64,000 bases of DNA from Emiliania huxleyi CCMP1516 (lineage: Eukaryota), in assembly GCF_000372725.1 (NCBI RefSeq), contig NW_005201984.1, positions 310,001 to 374,000 of the forward strand. The letters run 5' to 3'. Position 1 is the first letter of the stretch. Each line of letters begins with the position of its first letter. Position numbers and translations under genes: made by a program. Under the pieces are notes generated by a model. That model worked only from the letters and a program-made list of their open reading frames with translations. It ran no database searches and was not told where the DNA came from. Positions 46,356-59,408 of this stretch are shown here, one piece after another.

Positions 46356-46895
46356 TCAGGCGTCCTCCGGCTCACCGCGAGGCGCGTTTGAATAGTCGGT
46401 CTTGAGGCCCTTGAGGCGGGGCAGGTATCTCCGCCAGAACTTGACCGGGTTGATGGTGGCCGCCGCCGCGCGCTGCGCCTCGCGCCGCAGCAGCTTGTCT
46501 GCGGTGACGATGGAGACGTCGGTGGTGCGCGACGGGGAGGTCCCGCCGTAGAGCTGCTCCACAATCCACTCGTCGGCGCTCTCGCGCTCGCTGCCCTCCC
46601 CGCCGGACGTCACCACAACGCGCGGGTCGTGCCCAGACTCGACGTGGCTCTCGCCCTCGCGGCCGTCAAAGACCAGGACCACCTCGGCACCGCGCACGCC
46701 CGCGAGCCGCGCCGCCAGTGCCTCCCTCCCCTTTGTCACCTTTCGCTGCGCCATGAGGTTGTTGCCATCGACGTAGATGACGGCTCTGCTACGCTGCATG
46801 CGGTCACGCCGCTCTGGAGGCGCGAGCATGGCGACGGGAAGATTCGCCGCGGGTCTCAGCGCAACGAGCCCGAGGAGGCAGGGAGCGAGCCACAT
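46356..46895 (-). CDS. YacP/Rae1-like NYN (PIN-fold) ribonuclease, probably organelle-targeted
   Basis: IYVDGNNL...VVLVFDG...SADEWI...IVTADKLL carries the acidic NYN motifs; signal-like N-terminus. Confidence 0.85.
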   Translation of the reverse strand: MWLAPCLLGLVALRPAANLPVAMLAPPERRDRMQRSRAVIYVDGNNLMAQRKVTKGREALAARLAGVRGAEVVLVFDGREGESHVESGHDPRVVVTSGGEGSERESADEWIVEQLYGGTSPSRTTDVSIVTADKLLRREAQRAAAATINPVKFWRRYLPRLKGLKTDYSNAPRGEPEDA

Positions 46896-47257
46896 ACACA
46901 CACGATCTGTCGATCTGGCGAAAAGAAATCAATTCGCGCCTCGCACAAGAAAACAACAGCGACGCCCCGGGACATATGCGCGGCGCGGACGACGCCCCCA
47001 CGCGCCCGGGCCACATGAATACCGTAGAGACAGCACGACGGGGAGCTAGCCGCGCGCTGGAGGGCAGGGGGTGGGGTGGCGGGGCGACAGGACGCGCACG
47101 AATCTCTCTCTCTCATCACACTCGAGTGCGGCGCGCAAGATCACAGAGTTCACGACCGGGGGGGTGGGCTTTTCGCGCCGGGACGAGGCGGCGGTGCCGC
47201 CGCGGCGGCGGGCGCCGAGCCTCCCCCCGGGGTGGGGTCGCACTCGGTACTGGTGTA

Positions 47258-50200
47258 CTACTTAGAGCTCTCCTTCTTCTTTGAGAAGCTGAGCTTCCTG
47301 ATCATCGAGCCGGCGACGCTCTTCTTCCCCGACGAAGAGCTCGGCGCCGCCTCGGTGCTGCCGTTCGCGCTGGGGGCGGCGCCGCTGGGCGCGCCGCCCA
47401 CGCTGTTTTTGCGGTTGAACGACAGGATGCGCGTCAGGCTCGAGCCCTTCTTAGTCAGGTCGGGCTTGCCGCTCGGCGCCTGGCGCCGGCCGTCGGCGCG
47501 CGCCTGCTGCTGCTGCTGCTGCTGCTTGATCTCGTCCTCCGGGTCGAGGTCGGAGCTCTTGCCCGCGGCGCGCGCCTGCTTGGCCTTGAGCGAGTCGCGC
47601 AGCCGGTTGCGCTCGCGCTGGGCGGCGGCGAGCTGCTCCTGCAGCGCCGCCTTGAGCTCGCCGAGCGCCGCGCTCGACAGGCCGGGCAGCTCCTCGTACA
47701 TGCGCATCTCCGCCACCTGCGCCTGCACCTTCTGCCGCGCGGCAATCGCGTCGTCGATCTGCTGCTGCTTGGCGAGCGCCTCCTGCTCGCTCTGCTGCCG
47801 CCGCTGCCGCAGGATGCGCACGTCGCGCGCGCCCTCGAGTGTCTCCTCGTCGAGGGCCATCTTCTTGCGCTTCTCGCTCTCCACCTGCTGCCGCGACATC
47901 TCGACCTGCGCCTCGAGGCCCTGCGTCGCCACCTCGGCCTCCTCCTCGGGGATGATGACGCAAGAGCAATACTCGCAGATGAAGTCCGAGACGGGCATGA
48001 AGGGCGTCACGTCGATCAGCGACTGGCGCATCGTGCCCGAGTGCATGCACACGGCGTTGCAGTCGTCGAACTGGCCGGAGCCCGCCTGGGGAGAGCGCGC
48101 CGCGGTGACGGGGCGAGAGGGGGCGCGAGAGGGGCCGCGCGCGCCTCGAACCAAAAGTCATCTCGGCTGGATCTCGGCTGGATCTCGGCTGGACCATCTC
48201 GGCTGGGCCATCTCGGCTGGATCTCGGAAGGCGCGCGCCTCGAAGAACATCTCCTGCGACTTGTGCAGCAGCTCAATCATGTGCTGGGTCTTGAGCAACG
48301 AGAGCTTCTTCTCGTGGAAGAGCTGCTGCGCCATCTTGAGCTTGGCCTGCTGCCGCGAGCGCGTCACGTTGGAGACGCCGAGCAGCATCGTCACCGCGAA
48401 GCGCTGCATCGTCTCGAGGTCCTCGGCCTGCAGCTGGAGGCCGCCCATCGCCGAGACCTGCGCGGCGAGGCTGAAGGAGGCGTCCTTCCGGATGTCGACC
48501 TTCTTCATGTCGGCGAGGGTCGACTGCTTGAGGCAGACGACCTGCGCGAGGAGGAGCGGGAGGGGGGGGTTGAGCGGGGGGGGGGGGGGGGGCAAAAGGA
48601 TGGCCCAGGGAGGGGGGCTCTTGCAGGTGTGTGATGGTCGATGGTGGTGGTGGTGGGTGGGGCAGGGGCGCGGGGCGGGGCCGCGCCTGCGACGGCCAGA
48701 GGCGGAGGCCGAGCGGCAGATCCGGCGCCGTCTGCAGCATGAAGACGAGCAGCACATCGCCCACGACCACGGCGTACCGGTCGGTCCAGCTGGCGTCCGC
48801 CGTCTTGCGCACCTTCATCCGCGCCGCGGTGACGATGGAGCCCTTGGCCGTCTTGGAGAGCACCAGCTTCATGTCGCTGCGCCGGCGTGCGGAGCCGAGC
48901 GCCGAGCCGAGGGTCGACGCCTTGAGGCGCGACATCTTGGACATGTGCCGCCCGCCTCCGCCCCCGCTGCCGCCGTGCGGGGCGTCCTCGTCGCCAAAGT
49001 CGTAGCCCCCGCTGCTCGTGCGGTTGGCCGACTTGTAGTCGAGGGCCGCCGTCGCCGCGAGCAGGTCCTTTGGGTTCTGGATCTTGGAGGCGTTGTAGCG
49101 CCCGTCCGCGAGCATCGAGTTTTGGAGCTCCTCCTCCTCGTCCGAGTCCATCGCCATGTCCGACCCGTCCGAGTCCTCGTCCTCCGCCGGGTTGACGCCG
49201 TGCTTCCGGTCGTGCTCGTCGAGGTACTCGGTCCGCCCCTCGGCGTACGCCTTCTTGATTTCCGCGATGGCCGCCTCGGGGTCCTCGCCGCGCGCCTCCG
49301 CGTCGCGCGCCGCCTGGAACTCGCGCCGCTCCTGCCGCCGCTGCTCGGCCGAGCGGCGCGGCGCGCCGACGCCGCCCGAGTAGGTGTGCTTGAGGCCGGA
49401 CTGCGCGGCCGAGTGCGCGCCCAGCATCATGCGGTTGCTCTGGATCGTGTGGCTCTTGGTCATGAAGGCGCCGTTGGCCATGTCCTCGGCGGTGAGGGGG
49501 CCGCGCCCCTCGGCGAGCGCCCTGGCCTGCAGCTCCTCGCGGTGCTTGCGGATCTGCTCGTTGCGCTCCGCCATCGCCCGCTTCTTCTTGTCCGCCTTCC
49601 TCGCGTCGCGGACAACCTTGAGCTCGCGGCGCGACTTGATGCCGCGCCCGCTCGACTGGATGACGCAGACCGCCCGCTTCCGCTTGCGGTACTCGGCGCG
49701 CGCGAGGGAGCCGCGCCCCGACTTTTGCATCATCGTGACGGCGTTGCCGAAGCGGATGTCCTTGGCGCGGCGCACGATCGAGCGGCCCACGGCGGAGGCG
49801 ACCAGCGCCGACTGGCGCAGCTTCTTGAGCGCGCGCTGGCGGCGCATCTTAGTCATGAGGTAGATGAGCGAGCGGACCGCCGCGATGGCGCGGCGGAAGC
49901 GGTAGAGGGCGAGCACGCGCGCCATTTTTTTGAAGAACTTTGGCTCGAGCTTCTTCGTGCCGTCCATGAGCGCGTCGACGAAGGCGAGCTTGGTCGACTT
50001 GAAGAAGGCCTTGGTCAGGCCGACGAGGAAGTCGGTCCGGCCGAGGTCGAGCGCGGTGAGCAGGCACGTCGCGAAGGTGGGCGCGGACAGTGCCTTGAAC
50101 TTGTCCGGGCAGAGCGGCTTGAACGACTCCTCGAGCGTCGTGAAGGGGATGCGCACCGAGTAGCCGGAGGAGAGGAGGCGGACGGCGTCCACCATGCCCG

Positions 50201-52719
50201 AGTTGCGCAGCTGGTCGAGCACGAGCCACTTGTTGAACTTGTTGGGCGCCTGCTCGTGGTTGGGCTTGATGCAGCGCACAAAGTGCGAGCTGGTCGCGCG
50301 CAGCGTGCGCATCAGATCGTCGAGCTGCTTCTGGTACTTGTCGGCGACGAAGCCGGCCCGCTTCCCGCCGCCCTTGGAGCCGCCGGTGAAGGCGTTGATC
50401 GAGCCGACCGAGAAGAGGTCCTTGAGGATGGGCGCGGAGGAGGAGGACATGCACAGCGAGAGGTCCTCGTGCAGCGAGTCGGTGTTCTTCTTGAGCCAGC
50501 CCGCCGTCTGGTACATGACCGAGCCCGCAAAGTGCGCGATGACAAACGCCTCCTTCCCGGTCAGCTTCGTGCCGGCGCCGGTGCCGCGGCCGCCCTTGGA
50601 ACCCATCTTTGGCGGCGAGATGTGCTTCGACTTGCGGTGCTCGTTGAGCAGGCCCTCCGTCATGGACGCGTCGCTCGACTTTGGCAGCCGCGAGTGCTCC
50701 GTCAGCAGGTTGAAGATGGAGCCGCCCTTGCCACTGATGGCCTCGAGGCAGGCCGTGTTGTCCTCCCACTCGACGCCGGGCCAGACGATGCCCTCCGACT
50801 TGTAGATCTCCTGCTCCGTCTTGAAGAGCGCGATGGCGAAGTGCTGGTGCAGCTGCTCGTTGGTGAAGTTGATGAGCAGCTGCTCGAGCGAGTTGCGCTC
50901 GAAGTTCTCGAAGCCGTAGATGTCGAGGATGCCGAGGAAGCCCGTGTCGTCGAGCTTGGTATCCTTGTCGATCAGCGCCGTGTTGATCTGCGTCACGATC
51001 CAGCTGAACAGCTTGCCGTACACGGCCTTCGCGAGCGCGTCCCTCGCGCTCTCCGCCTCCTCCTGCTTGAGCGGCACCTGTGGGACGTGTCGTTGGACAT
51101 GTGATGGACGTGCCACCGGCGTGCCCGCCTGCTGCGCCGGAGCGGCGCCTGCATCTCGCCCCCCTTGAGCTTGAGCGTGCGCGAGGTGAGGCCCTGCTGC
51201 AGCAGCGCGTCGTGGCACTGCAGCAGCTTGCACGCCGTCCCGAGCGCCTTTGTGTTTTGGATGCACGCGTCGCCGTTGACCGTCTCGCCGTACGTGATGT
51301 TGCCGAGCGCGAGCAGGCCCGAGAGCGTCTCCCACAGCGACGCGATCAGCTTCTCCGAGACGCCGATCTTTTGCAGCACGGAGAGCGAGTCCTTGAACTC
51401 GGCGGCGTCCCCGCCCCCGCCCACCCGGCCGCCCGGCCGCGCGGTCGCCTTGCCCGTCGCGTTGCGCAGGTACGCGTACTTGTTCGCGTCGCTCTCGAGC
51501 TGGCAGGACGCCTTCTCGCTCGACGAGAGGCCGGCCACGATCTGGCGGCGGCGGCGGGCGGGCAGAGCGTAGGCAGGGAGGCGCCGGGAGGGGGGAGGGC
51601 TTCGGACGTCGACAGCGGGAGGAGACTGGGCGGCGCGTGGCGCGGTAATGCGACCCCTCTGGCGCGCGGGGTGCAGCGGGCCAGCGGGAGCGTCTCGCCT
51701 GGTAAAAGATGTGGTAGTTGCAGTTCCTCTCGGCGTGCACGACGACGCGGGTCGCCTCGAGGAGGTAGGTCTGGATCGAGGCGCCGAGGATGGCGCCCTT
51801 CTTCGAGACGTGGATCTGCGTGAACTTGCCGAAGCGCGACGAGTTGCGGTTGAGGTTGGTCTCGGCGTTCCCAAACGCCTCGAGCAGCGGGTTGGTCATC
51901 ACGAGGAGCGCGCCGAGCTCCATCGACGACTTGGACATGCCCGCCTCGGAGAGGTGCTTGGTCACGTACGCGAGGTGCTTCAGCACCAGCTTGCACGTCT
52001 CCGTCTTGCCCGCGCCGGAGGGGCCAGAGACGATGATGGCCTGCGCGCGAGGGGCAGAGCGATCGCGGCACCGCAGGAGCAATGGGCCGCCGCGGTGTCG
52101 CGCCCGGGGGCTGCGGGGGCTGGGACGGCGAGAGCGCGCCTGGCTGTCTCCCGAGCTCAGCAGCAGTCGGTACATGCGGTCGGCGATGGCGTAGATGTGC
52201 GGCGGCTCCGATCCGATCGGCTTGCCCAGGTAGCGCTTGATCTGCGGCAGAGCGCGCCAGGGCGGGGGAGAGATGCTCAGGCCGGCGCGGGAGGGCGGGG
52301 CGGCGGAGCGTGCTGCGGCAGCCTCGCCGCGGTCTGACCGGCAGGGCGCGCGCGGCGTCTAGTGCGCGCGCCTGCGCTTCCTCGTAAATCTTTAGCTGCC
52401 GGAATGGGTTGACGGCGATCAGAATGTGGCCGGTCGTGGAGTAGATGCCGCCTTCGCTCTTGGCGTAGCGCACGCCAACATTATGCAGGATCGTCGCCTC
52501 GTTCAGCTCGCGCAGGAACGTGTTGTCCTCCACTCCATCCTGCTTGTCTTTGTTTGCTCTGAGAACGTTGGCGCGCTCTGTCGTGAGCGTCTTCCCAGAC
52601 GCCAGCTTGAGCGTCACGCTGCGATCGTCCTCACCCAGCTCCACGATCTTGCCCGCCTCGTAGGTGACATCGTCGTTGATGTAGCACCAGGCGGCGTCGC
52701 CCTTCTGCCACTCGGCCAT
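47258..52719 (-). CDS. Unconventional myosin (myosin-VI-like): SH3-like N-terminus, motor, IQ motifs, charged helix, PH-like domain, coiled coil
   Basis: EDNTFLRELNEATILHN, ILIAVNPF, P-loop GPSGAGKT, NPLLEAFGNAET..N.NSSRFGKF, LDIYGFENF, HFVRCIKPN, GLTKAFF, IQ-like MQKSGRG/IQSSGRG; several introns. Confidence 0.93.
48160..48228. repeat. Intronic 11-bp ATCTCGGCTGG minisatellite
   Basis: Direct reading. Confidence 0.85.
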
Positions 52720-54326
52720 GAGGCGCTTTTTCCGCGCGGGCGCCGGCTTTTTCCTCGCGTGCAGCGGCGGCGTCGAGGAAAGAAAGTAATACGCGGGGCG
52801 CCGTCGCCTGTATGTTCTTGGCAAAGGAAGACACAGAGCTCACACAAAATCACAGTGGGTGGCATGGCCATATGTTTTCTTTCTTTCTTTTAGAAAAGTC
52901 ATGGTAGAGCGACGTCTTGATCCATGCAGGGCCATATGACTGCAGAGAAGAATGCAACGCCCGCTCCACAGGAAGGACGGACCGCCCGCCCGACACGTCG
53001 AAAACCCGCCGCGATTCGCGCGAAACGTGTGGTACGGCGCCGTACGCACACATGGAGAGAGAGTTGGATGCGTGGACAATTCGCCGCGCTCGAGAGACTC
53101 GATGCGTGCGCCGAGTGGCTGGCGCGCGGGGCATTTCCGCTGTCGCCGCTAGTTGAAAACTGAAGCTCCACTGGTCGCTCCATCGCCGCCTGTTGCCCAT
53201 TCGGATGCTTCACTCAGGACGCGCTAGCAGCAGCGCAATGCTGTGTGCTCAGAGCTATGCCGGCGCCTCCTAGCCTACTTCCTGTGGGACCGGAGGGAGC
53301 GCGCGTCCGTACCGAGTCGGGAGAGCACAGAGGAAAGGCACGGTCCTCACACGGCAGATATCCCCGCCGCGCCCTGCGCAACGCGAACCGGAGAGCGGAG
53401 AGGTCCTGGGCGTCTCGATCTCAGCGACGTCCGAGAGTGCCGTGTGAGTGTCTGTCGTCTGTTGTGTGTCTGAGAGACCTTGTCGGCTGTCCCTCGGGCC
53501 TCGCTCTCCCTGTCGGACACGGCTGTCGCACCATGTTCAAACTCCGCACTTTAATTCGAACTTTCTCGCCTCGGCTCGTGGGGCTCGGGAGTAGTCAAGC
53601 AGGTGTGCGGGGTGGGCGGGAGGGGGCCTGGGAGCATTTTTTTGCATTTCCGAGGCGAGCGTGGGCCGTGGTGGGCCCCTCCGGGCCTCTCTCAGCAGCA
53701 CGGAAAGTAGCGCGCGACAGAGCGCTGTTCTCGGCCCCCTGAGCGTATTGGGACGAGCCAGACTAGCATGCACATCGCCTTGGCACGTAGGACGCACGAC
53801 TTACCCACGCACACCCCGGTGACAATCTTGGAAATCTCCCGACAATCTCCCCAAATCTCCTCCCGCTCTCGCGAGTAGCGCGGCGCAGCGGGGCGCGTTG
53901 ATGTCGATGAATGCAGTGTGGACTCCTTTTCGACACTCTCTAGCACCGGTGAACACACAGGCGTTGCTTCCGAGGTGGTAAAAATCTGTGAATGCCCGCC
54001 GAAGTTGTCGCGGTTTTCCGACTTGTCTCGTGCTCGAGCCATGCCGAAAAGAGCGGGCGCAGGCCTGGGACAGCGTCGCAAAAGCGGCCAAGGAGTCCGT
54101 CCCGGCTCCAGGCCAGGACCAGATCGCCGCTCGGTACCGCCAGTTTGCGACTCTGTGCCTGCGCAGTCGTCGCTATCTCACGCTTCCGATCTCGTCACAA
54201 CAGGCGCCCTCGCCGAGTGCAACGTCCTCGCGGCCGCAAAGCCGTGCTGGCTCGCGCAGAGTCGGCGTCGCAAAGAACCTGAGAGCGCCGCGGCATGCTT
54301 CGGTTGGCGACGTCCTCGGCGAGGCC

Positions 54327-56174
54327 ATGGAGCTGCATAGCACGAGCGACGAGGGCCGCCGCGACGGGATCTACAACCAGAGAGAGCACGGACGCCGAGG
54401 ATCGCTCTCCCGTGCAGCGCCGCAGCGGCTCGTCGGCGGCTCGTCGGCTGCGGCCTCGAACGGAGATCGCATGGAGGTTGACGAGGAACCTCCCTCTCTG
54501 AGCAGTGCTCCAGCGGAGCCTGCGCAGCAGCAGCAGCAGCAGCAAGCAAGCGTGCTCACGCTGGTGGCAGACATCGGACGCCTCGAGCTGGAGGAGGTTG
54601 GCCACCGTGCCGCCGCTCGCGAAGCGATTACAGCGACAACCGGGACGCAAACATCAGGCGTGCCGACGCCTCGCGAGCTGCGTGCCCAAGCCCGGCTCGA
54701 CTTGCAAGTCGTAGGGCTGCGCGAGGAGGAGCGGCGGCGGCAGCGGCTGCACGCGGCGGCAACGACGAGGCTCGTTCGAGAACTGGCGCTGAAGCTCTCG
54801 AACCCGCTGCGACACTTTGGCGGGGGTGCATTCATTCAGTTGATGATGTGCGAATTCGTCATGCGGCCAGAGGTACAGGGCCGCTCCGGCCGCTCCCTCG
54901 GCGTAGCGTTTCGCTCGCAGCTGCTGCTGGTGTACGAGCCCAGCGACGTGCCGACGCTCCCGGGCCTCTACAGCCTCGACGTCTTGCAGGCGTCGCTCAA
55001 CACTCCGCTGTTGCAGCGGGCCGCCCTGCAGGCGATCGACGACGTGAAGCTCTTCTCGCTCCACCTGCCCGGCGTGCTCGGCAAGGTGGAGCCGACAGAG
55101 GCCGACTCGCTCCTCGGCCTGTGGCAGCGCGCGGCGGAGGTGCGGGCAGCGGAGGCGCGCCGGCCGCAGCGCGGCCGGCCACGCCATCGCATCGAGTTCG
55201 CGCTGCGTCAAAACATGACGGGTAATCGTTACTCGGCCGCCCTGCGCAAGGCCGTGTACTTGTACCGCCACAAAAGCGGTACGGAGCGCTCAATCTCGAT
55301 GCGCGGCGCTGCGTCGCTCGCTCGGGATGGCGCCACGCTCCTGTTCGACATCTCGGACGACGATATCGCACGCGTGCATAACATCATTGTGCATAACATG
55401 CAGGACCTCTCACCGTGGGCCGACAGCCAGGACGTGCAGGCGAGGGCGCCGATCTCGGGGATGACGATTCGCGCCGGATCGCTCTTCAACCGCTTCAAAT
55501 CGGGAGCCCCCACCGGGTGGGTGGCGAAGCTGTTCGCGGGCGAGGCACCGACGGAGCGCAAGCTGGTCATGCAGCGCTTTACCGACGGCAGCGAGTTTGG
55601 CGGGCACTGGCACCAGCTCCTCTTCTTCGTCGACCAGAGACGGGTGCTCTACCACGAGCCCTATGGCGGCGCAATCGACTCGGGCATCGCGTCTTGCTTC
55701 CACCGGAGCCCCGGGCCTGCCGCCGGCTGGGCGCTGGAGGTGGTGGATGTGCAGCTGCAGTCTTGCACTCACGAGTGCGCGCTCTGGGTGGACTTTGTCG
55801 CGGAGGTGGCTGTCGACTACGTGAGGAGCGACCTGACTCGCTCCTTCAGCGAGTACCTTCGCGGGTGCGCTCTCCCTGTGTGTGTGTGTGCATGCCTGCG
55901 ATAAGGCTGACCGGTGTCGCGCCGCCCCCGCAGGCGTGAGGAGATCACCCCGCTCAACGGCATGCGGCGGACTTGCACGGCGATGAAGACGGCGAAGGCA
56001 AAAAACAACGCCTTCGTCGCACAGCGCCGAAACGACGTGCGCACGCTGTTACGTCTAGCCTATGTCCAGCGCCAACTGCCGCACACAGGCTCCGCAACGC
56101 TGACCGCCTTTGGCGCAGCGGCGGAGCAGGAGCCTGCCGAGGACACAGACTCGGACTTTGAGATGTTGACCTAG
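54327..56174 (+). CDS. Protein with a C-terminal Ulp1/C48-like cysteine-protease motif, possibly transposon-associated; start uncertain
   Basis: GHWHQLLFFVDQRRVLYHEPYGG...QLQSCTHECALWV gives the H/E/Q/C order of clan CE. A phase-compatible intron runs 55865-55933. Confidence 0.6.
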
Positions 56175-57267
56175 ACCGACGTGTGATTCAGATAGTTGTC
56201 TTCAGATGTGTGTGTGATTCAGATGTGTGTGCGTGTGATTTTCGGCACGGGTATAGATTAGAAGGAACGTATCGTCACACACACCCTCTTTGAGAGAGGG
56301 ACACAGCGTGGTGCCACAGTAGCGGGCGCTTCTACAGAGGCAACCGGTCCGAGGGCGAGCGTTTCGCTCGCCCTGATGCGCATGAGCGACGTGGAAGCTC
56401 TCGACCGGCGCAGATGCCACGGGCGACACCAATCCCAGCCTCAAAAGGCGAGGAGGGCTGGTGGAGTGCCCAGACGGCAGTGGCTTCCGAAGAACTTTTT
56501 GCGGGTGACGCAAAGGATCCGAGGAGAGAGCACCTCGGCTGCCGGCGAGGCATCCGCCCCGCGCCCACACATCTGATGGAAAGTGCGATGAAGCGGTGGC
56601 GGCAGGCTAGCCACCGGTGGGGCACACGGAGCGATATGGCGTTCGGCTGCGATTTGAGTGCAACCGGGTGACGCATCTCCTCCACAGAGACGCGGGGACG
56701 GCGTGCCTGCGAGGCGCCCGATATGCGCCAACGGACCCAATGGAAAGTGCGAAGCGAGCACTCGACGGCTCGCAGCCTGTGGACGGAGCACGAGAGCTCG
56801 AACCTCGCACTCGCGTGCAAAATCGGCACCTCGGAGCGCCATTTTCACACCGCATTCGAGCCCATGAAAACAACAATGTACCCCAAGCAGCACGATCACG
56901 CCTCGCACCGGTGCGGTGGTGCCGGGCGGCTCTAGGGGGTCAGGCTGGCTGCATGGCACCACCCGTAGCCCGTTTTGCTGCCCTGGCATCACCCGGAGGG
57001 GGGATTGAACATAGTACGGGTGTCGGACCACACGAAACGGACCTCAGAGACGAGAGAGCGCGCGGCGCGGCCGCCGCTCGGCGGTGTGTTCAAACGATAA
57101 ATAAAGCATGCATGCTCGCGCGCACGACACGTTCGTGCGCTAAGAGCACATACACCACAGCCAGTTAAATGCTCATCACAAACACACACACGACCGGGGC
57201 GGTCGCCGCAGAGATCGACCGGGAAAGGGATATATCGAGACGAAGGCGGGCCGGTCCGTCCCTCGCG

Positions 57268-58367
57268 TCACAGCAGCTGATCGTACCCGTACCCACCGGC
57301 CGGCTTCGCCCCGGCCAGGCCGGCCGGCTTGCCCGCCGCCGTGCCGCCCTGCTGGTCGGGCGGCGGCCCGTTCCGCCGGTGCAACTTCTGCCACACCTCT
57401 CGCTGCGTGAGCCCTCCGCCGACGGCGAGCAGCAGGAAGAGCGTCATCGGGCTGCGCAGGTACGGGTCGTGGATGAAGTCGGCAAAGAAGGAGTAGGGGT
57501 GGCCGGCGAGGGTCGCAAAGTTGGGCTCGTACCTGCGCGTGCGCGGCGGCGGAGGTCCAAGTGGAGGCGGAGGGCGGAGGGCCGGGAGGAGGGGCGGAGG
57601 GCGGTGGTGGGCGCGCCTGAGGAAGGCCTGGTAGCGCGGCTCCTCGTTGACGAGGAAGAGCTCGACGTAGCTCCGCGTCGCCACCCACGAGCCGACGACG
57701 GCCGACACGTACAGCCAGAAGGTGTCCCCGACCATCAGCATCACGACCGCCCCGACCACCGCCAGCAGCATCCGGATGGTGCGCTGCACCTCGGCCCCCG
57801 CGGGCGAGGACTGCATCTCGAGCAGCCCGTACGCGGAGTTCCCGGCGACCTCCCCGAAGAGGAGCCCCAGCGCGACGTGCAGCCCCTTCCGGAAGGCGAG
57901 CATCCCCACGCCGACCAGCAGCCCCGCGAGCAGCGTCGTCGACTCGAGCGTCTCGCAGCTCATCCGCGAGTCTGCGGCGCGCGGCAGGAAGATGTCGTCG
58001 AGGAGCAGCGCGCCGCCGATGCCGATCAGCGCACCCAGCAAGAAGGACATCGGCCGGGTCAGGTGGACGCCCAAGAAGGTGAGCAGGAGAGCGCCAAACA
58101 TCACGGCCTGCGGGCGGCGGCGCGCGGGCTGAGGGAGCGGCCAGACGGGACCGCCCGCCTGCGGGCGGCACGCACAGACTCTGCACACAGCGCGGCGACG
58201 CCGTGCTCCGGCCGCAGCACCTCGTAGACTGCGCCGAGCAGCTCGTGTGGCTCGTAGTCGCTAAAGCCGAGCCGCGTCGCGACGCAGTCGTAGTAGCTGT
58301 CCCAGACGCCCGATTCGCCGAGCTGGGACGCCGCCGCGCGCAGGTCCTCCACCACGGGACTCGTCAT
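57268..58367 (-). CDS. Multi-pass membrane protein, TMEM198/TM7S3-like (DUF4203)
   Basis: FGALLLTFLG..FLLGALIG..AGLLVG..LGLLFG..VSAVVGSW..LAVGGGLTQ gives about 7 Gly-rich TM helices; two introns. Confidence 0.65.
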
Positions 58368-58562
58368 GCTCTGGGCAAGCCCAGCGGGGCGGGAGAGGCC
58401 AATGCACAAGGTGCCGGATGCATGAGAAGAAAAAACACACCCCGTGAATAAAAAGAATCCAGGCCGCGCGGACGGTCGCGACGGCAGCGAGGTGCCCGAG
58501 CACTCAAACCAGCGCAACTGACCGTCTGCGTCTGCGTCTGCGTCGGCGGGCCAAGCCGCTCC

Positions 58563-59408
58563 ATGAACTTCTTCAGCAGCGGGCCCAACCTCGAGAAGCA
58601 GGTCTTCGACCTGAAGCTCACCAGCAAGCAGTTTGACCGCATGTCTGCAAAGAGCACGAAGCAGGAGAAGGCGGAGCTGCTCAAGGCGCGACCGAGCTGG
58701 CGCGCCTGCGCTCTCCCACACGCTGACCGGAGAGAGCCGCCTGATCGCAGGTGAAGAAGGAGATGGAGAAGGGCAACATGGACGTGGCTAGGATCCACGC
58801 ACAGGTGCGGACCCGCGCTGCCACCAGACCCGGCACCGCCGCGCCACGCGCTTCACCCGGCCCCGCTGTGTCAGAACGCGATCCGCATCCGCAACACCGC
58901 GACCAACTACCTGAAGCTCGCCAGCCGCATGGACGCGGTCGCCGCGCGGATTGACCAGGCGATACAAATGAAGGCTGTCACCAAGCAGATGGGAGGCGTG
59001 GTCAAGGGGATGGACAAGGCGGCGCGGCCGCCCGCTCCCCTCCGCCCCGCGCCCGGCGGTCGACCGCGCGCCGCCGCCCTCCCTCTCTCCCCTCGCGCCT
59101 CGCAGGCGCTCAAGTCGATGGACATGGAGCAGATAGGGAAGGTGATGGAGCAGTTTGAGAGCTCGTTTGAGAACCTCGACCTCGCGTCGGCCACGGTGGA
59201 GAACGCGCTGGGGGGGGCCACCGCCGCCTCGATGCCCGAGGCCGAGGTCGACGAGCTGCTCGACGCCGTCAGTGCCGAGCACGGCCTCGAGATTGCAAAC
59301 AAGGCGGCGGCGGTGGGCAAGGGGGCGGTGCAGATGGGGGCGGCGGCGGACGAGCACGATGACGCGCTCGAGAAGCGGCTCCAAGCGCTGCGCGAAGGCG
59401 CGATGTGA
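58563..59408 (+). CDS. CHMP1: ESCRT-III accessory subunit CHMP1/Did2/Vps46
   Basis: LEKQVFDLKLTSKQ..|KKEMEKGNMDVARIHAQ|NAIR..NYLKLASRMDAVAARI..MGGVVKGMDK|ALKSM..DALEKRLQALR (MIM1); three introns. Confidence 0.95.

Noticed and set aside
47076..51104. 1342-aa plus-strand ORF
   Set aside because: Antisense shadow of the GC3-rich myosin gene. The same applies to most overlapping Arg/Ala/Pro-rich ORFs in the track
56300..57170. Short overlapping ORFs downstream of the Ulp1-like gene
   Set aside because: No motifs or consistent codon bias to support a gene
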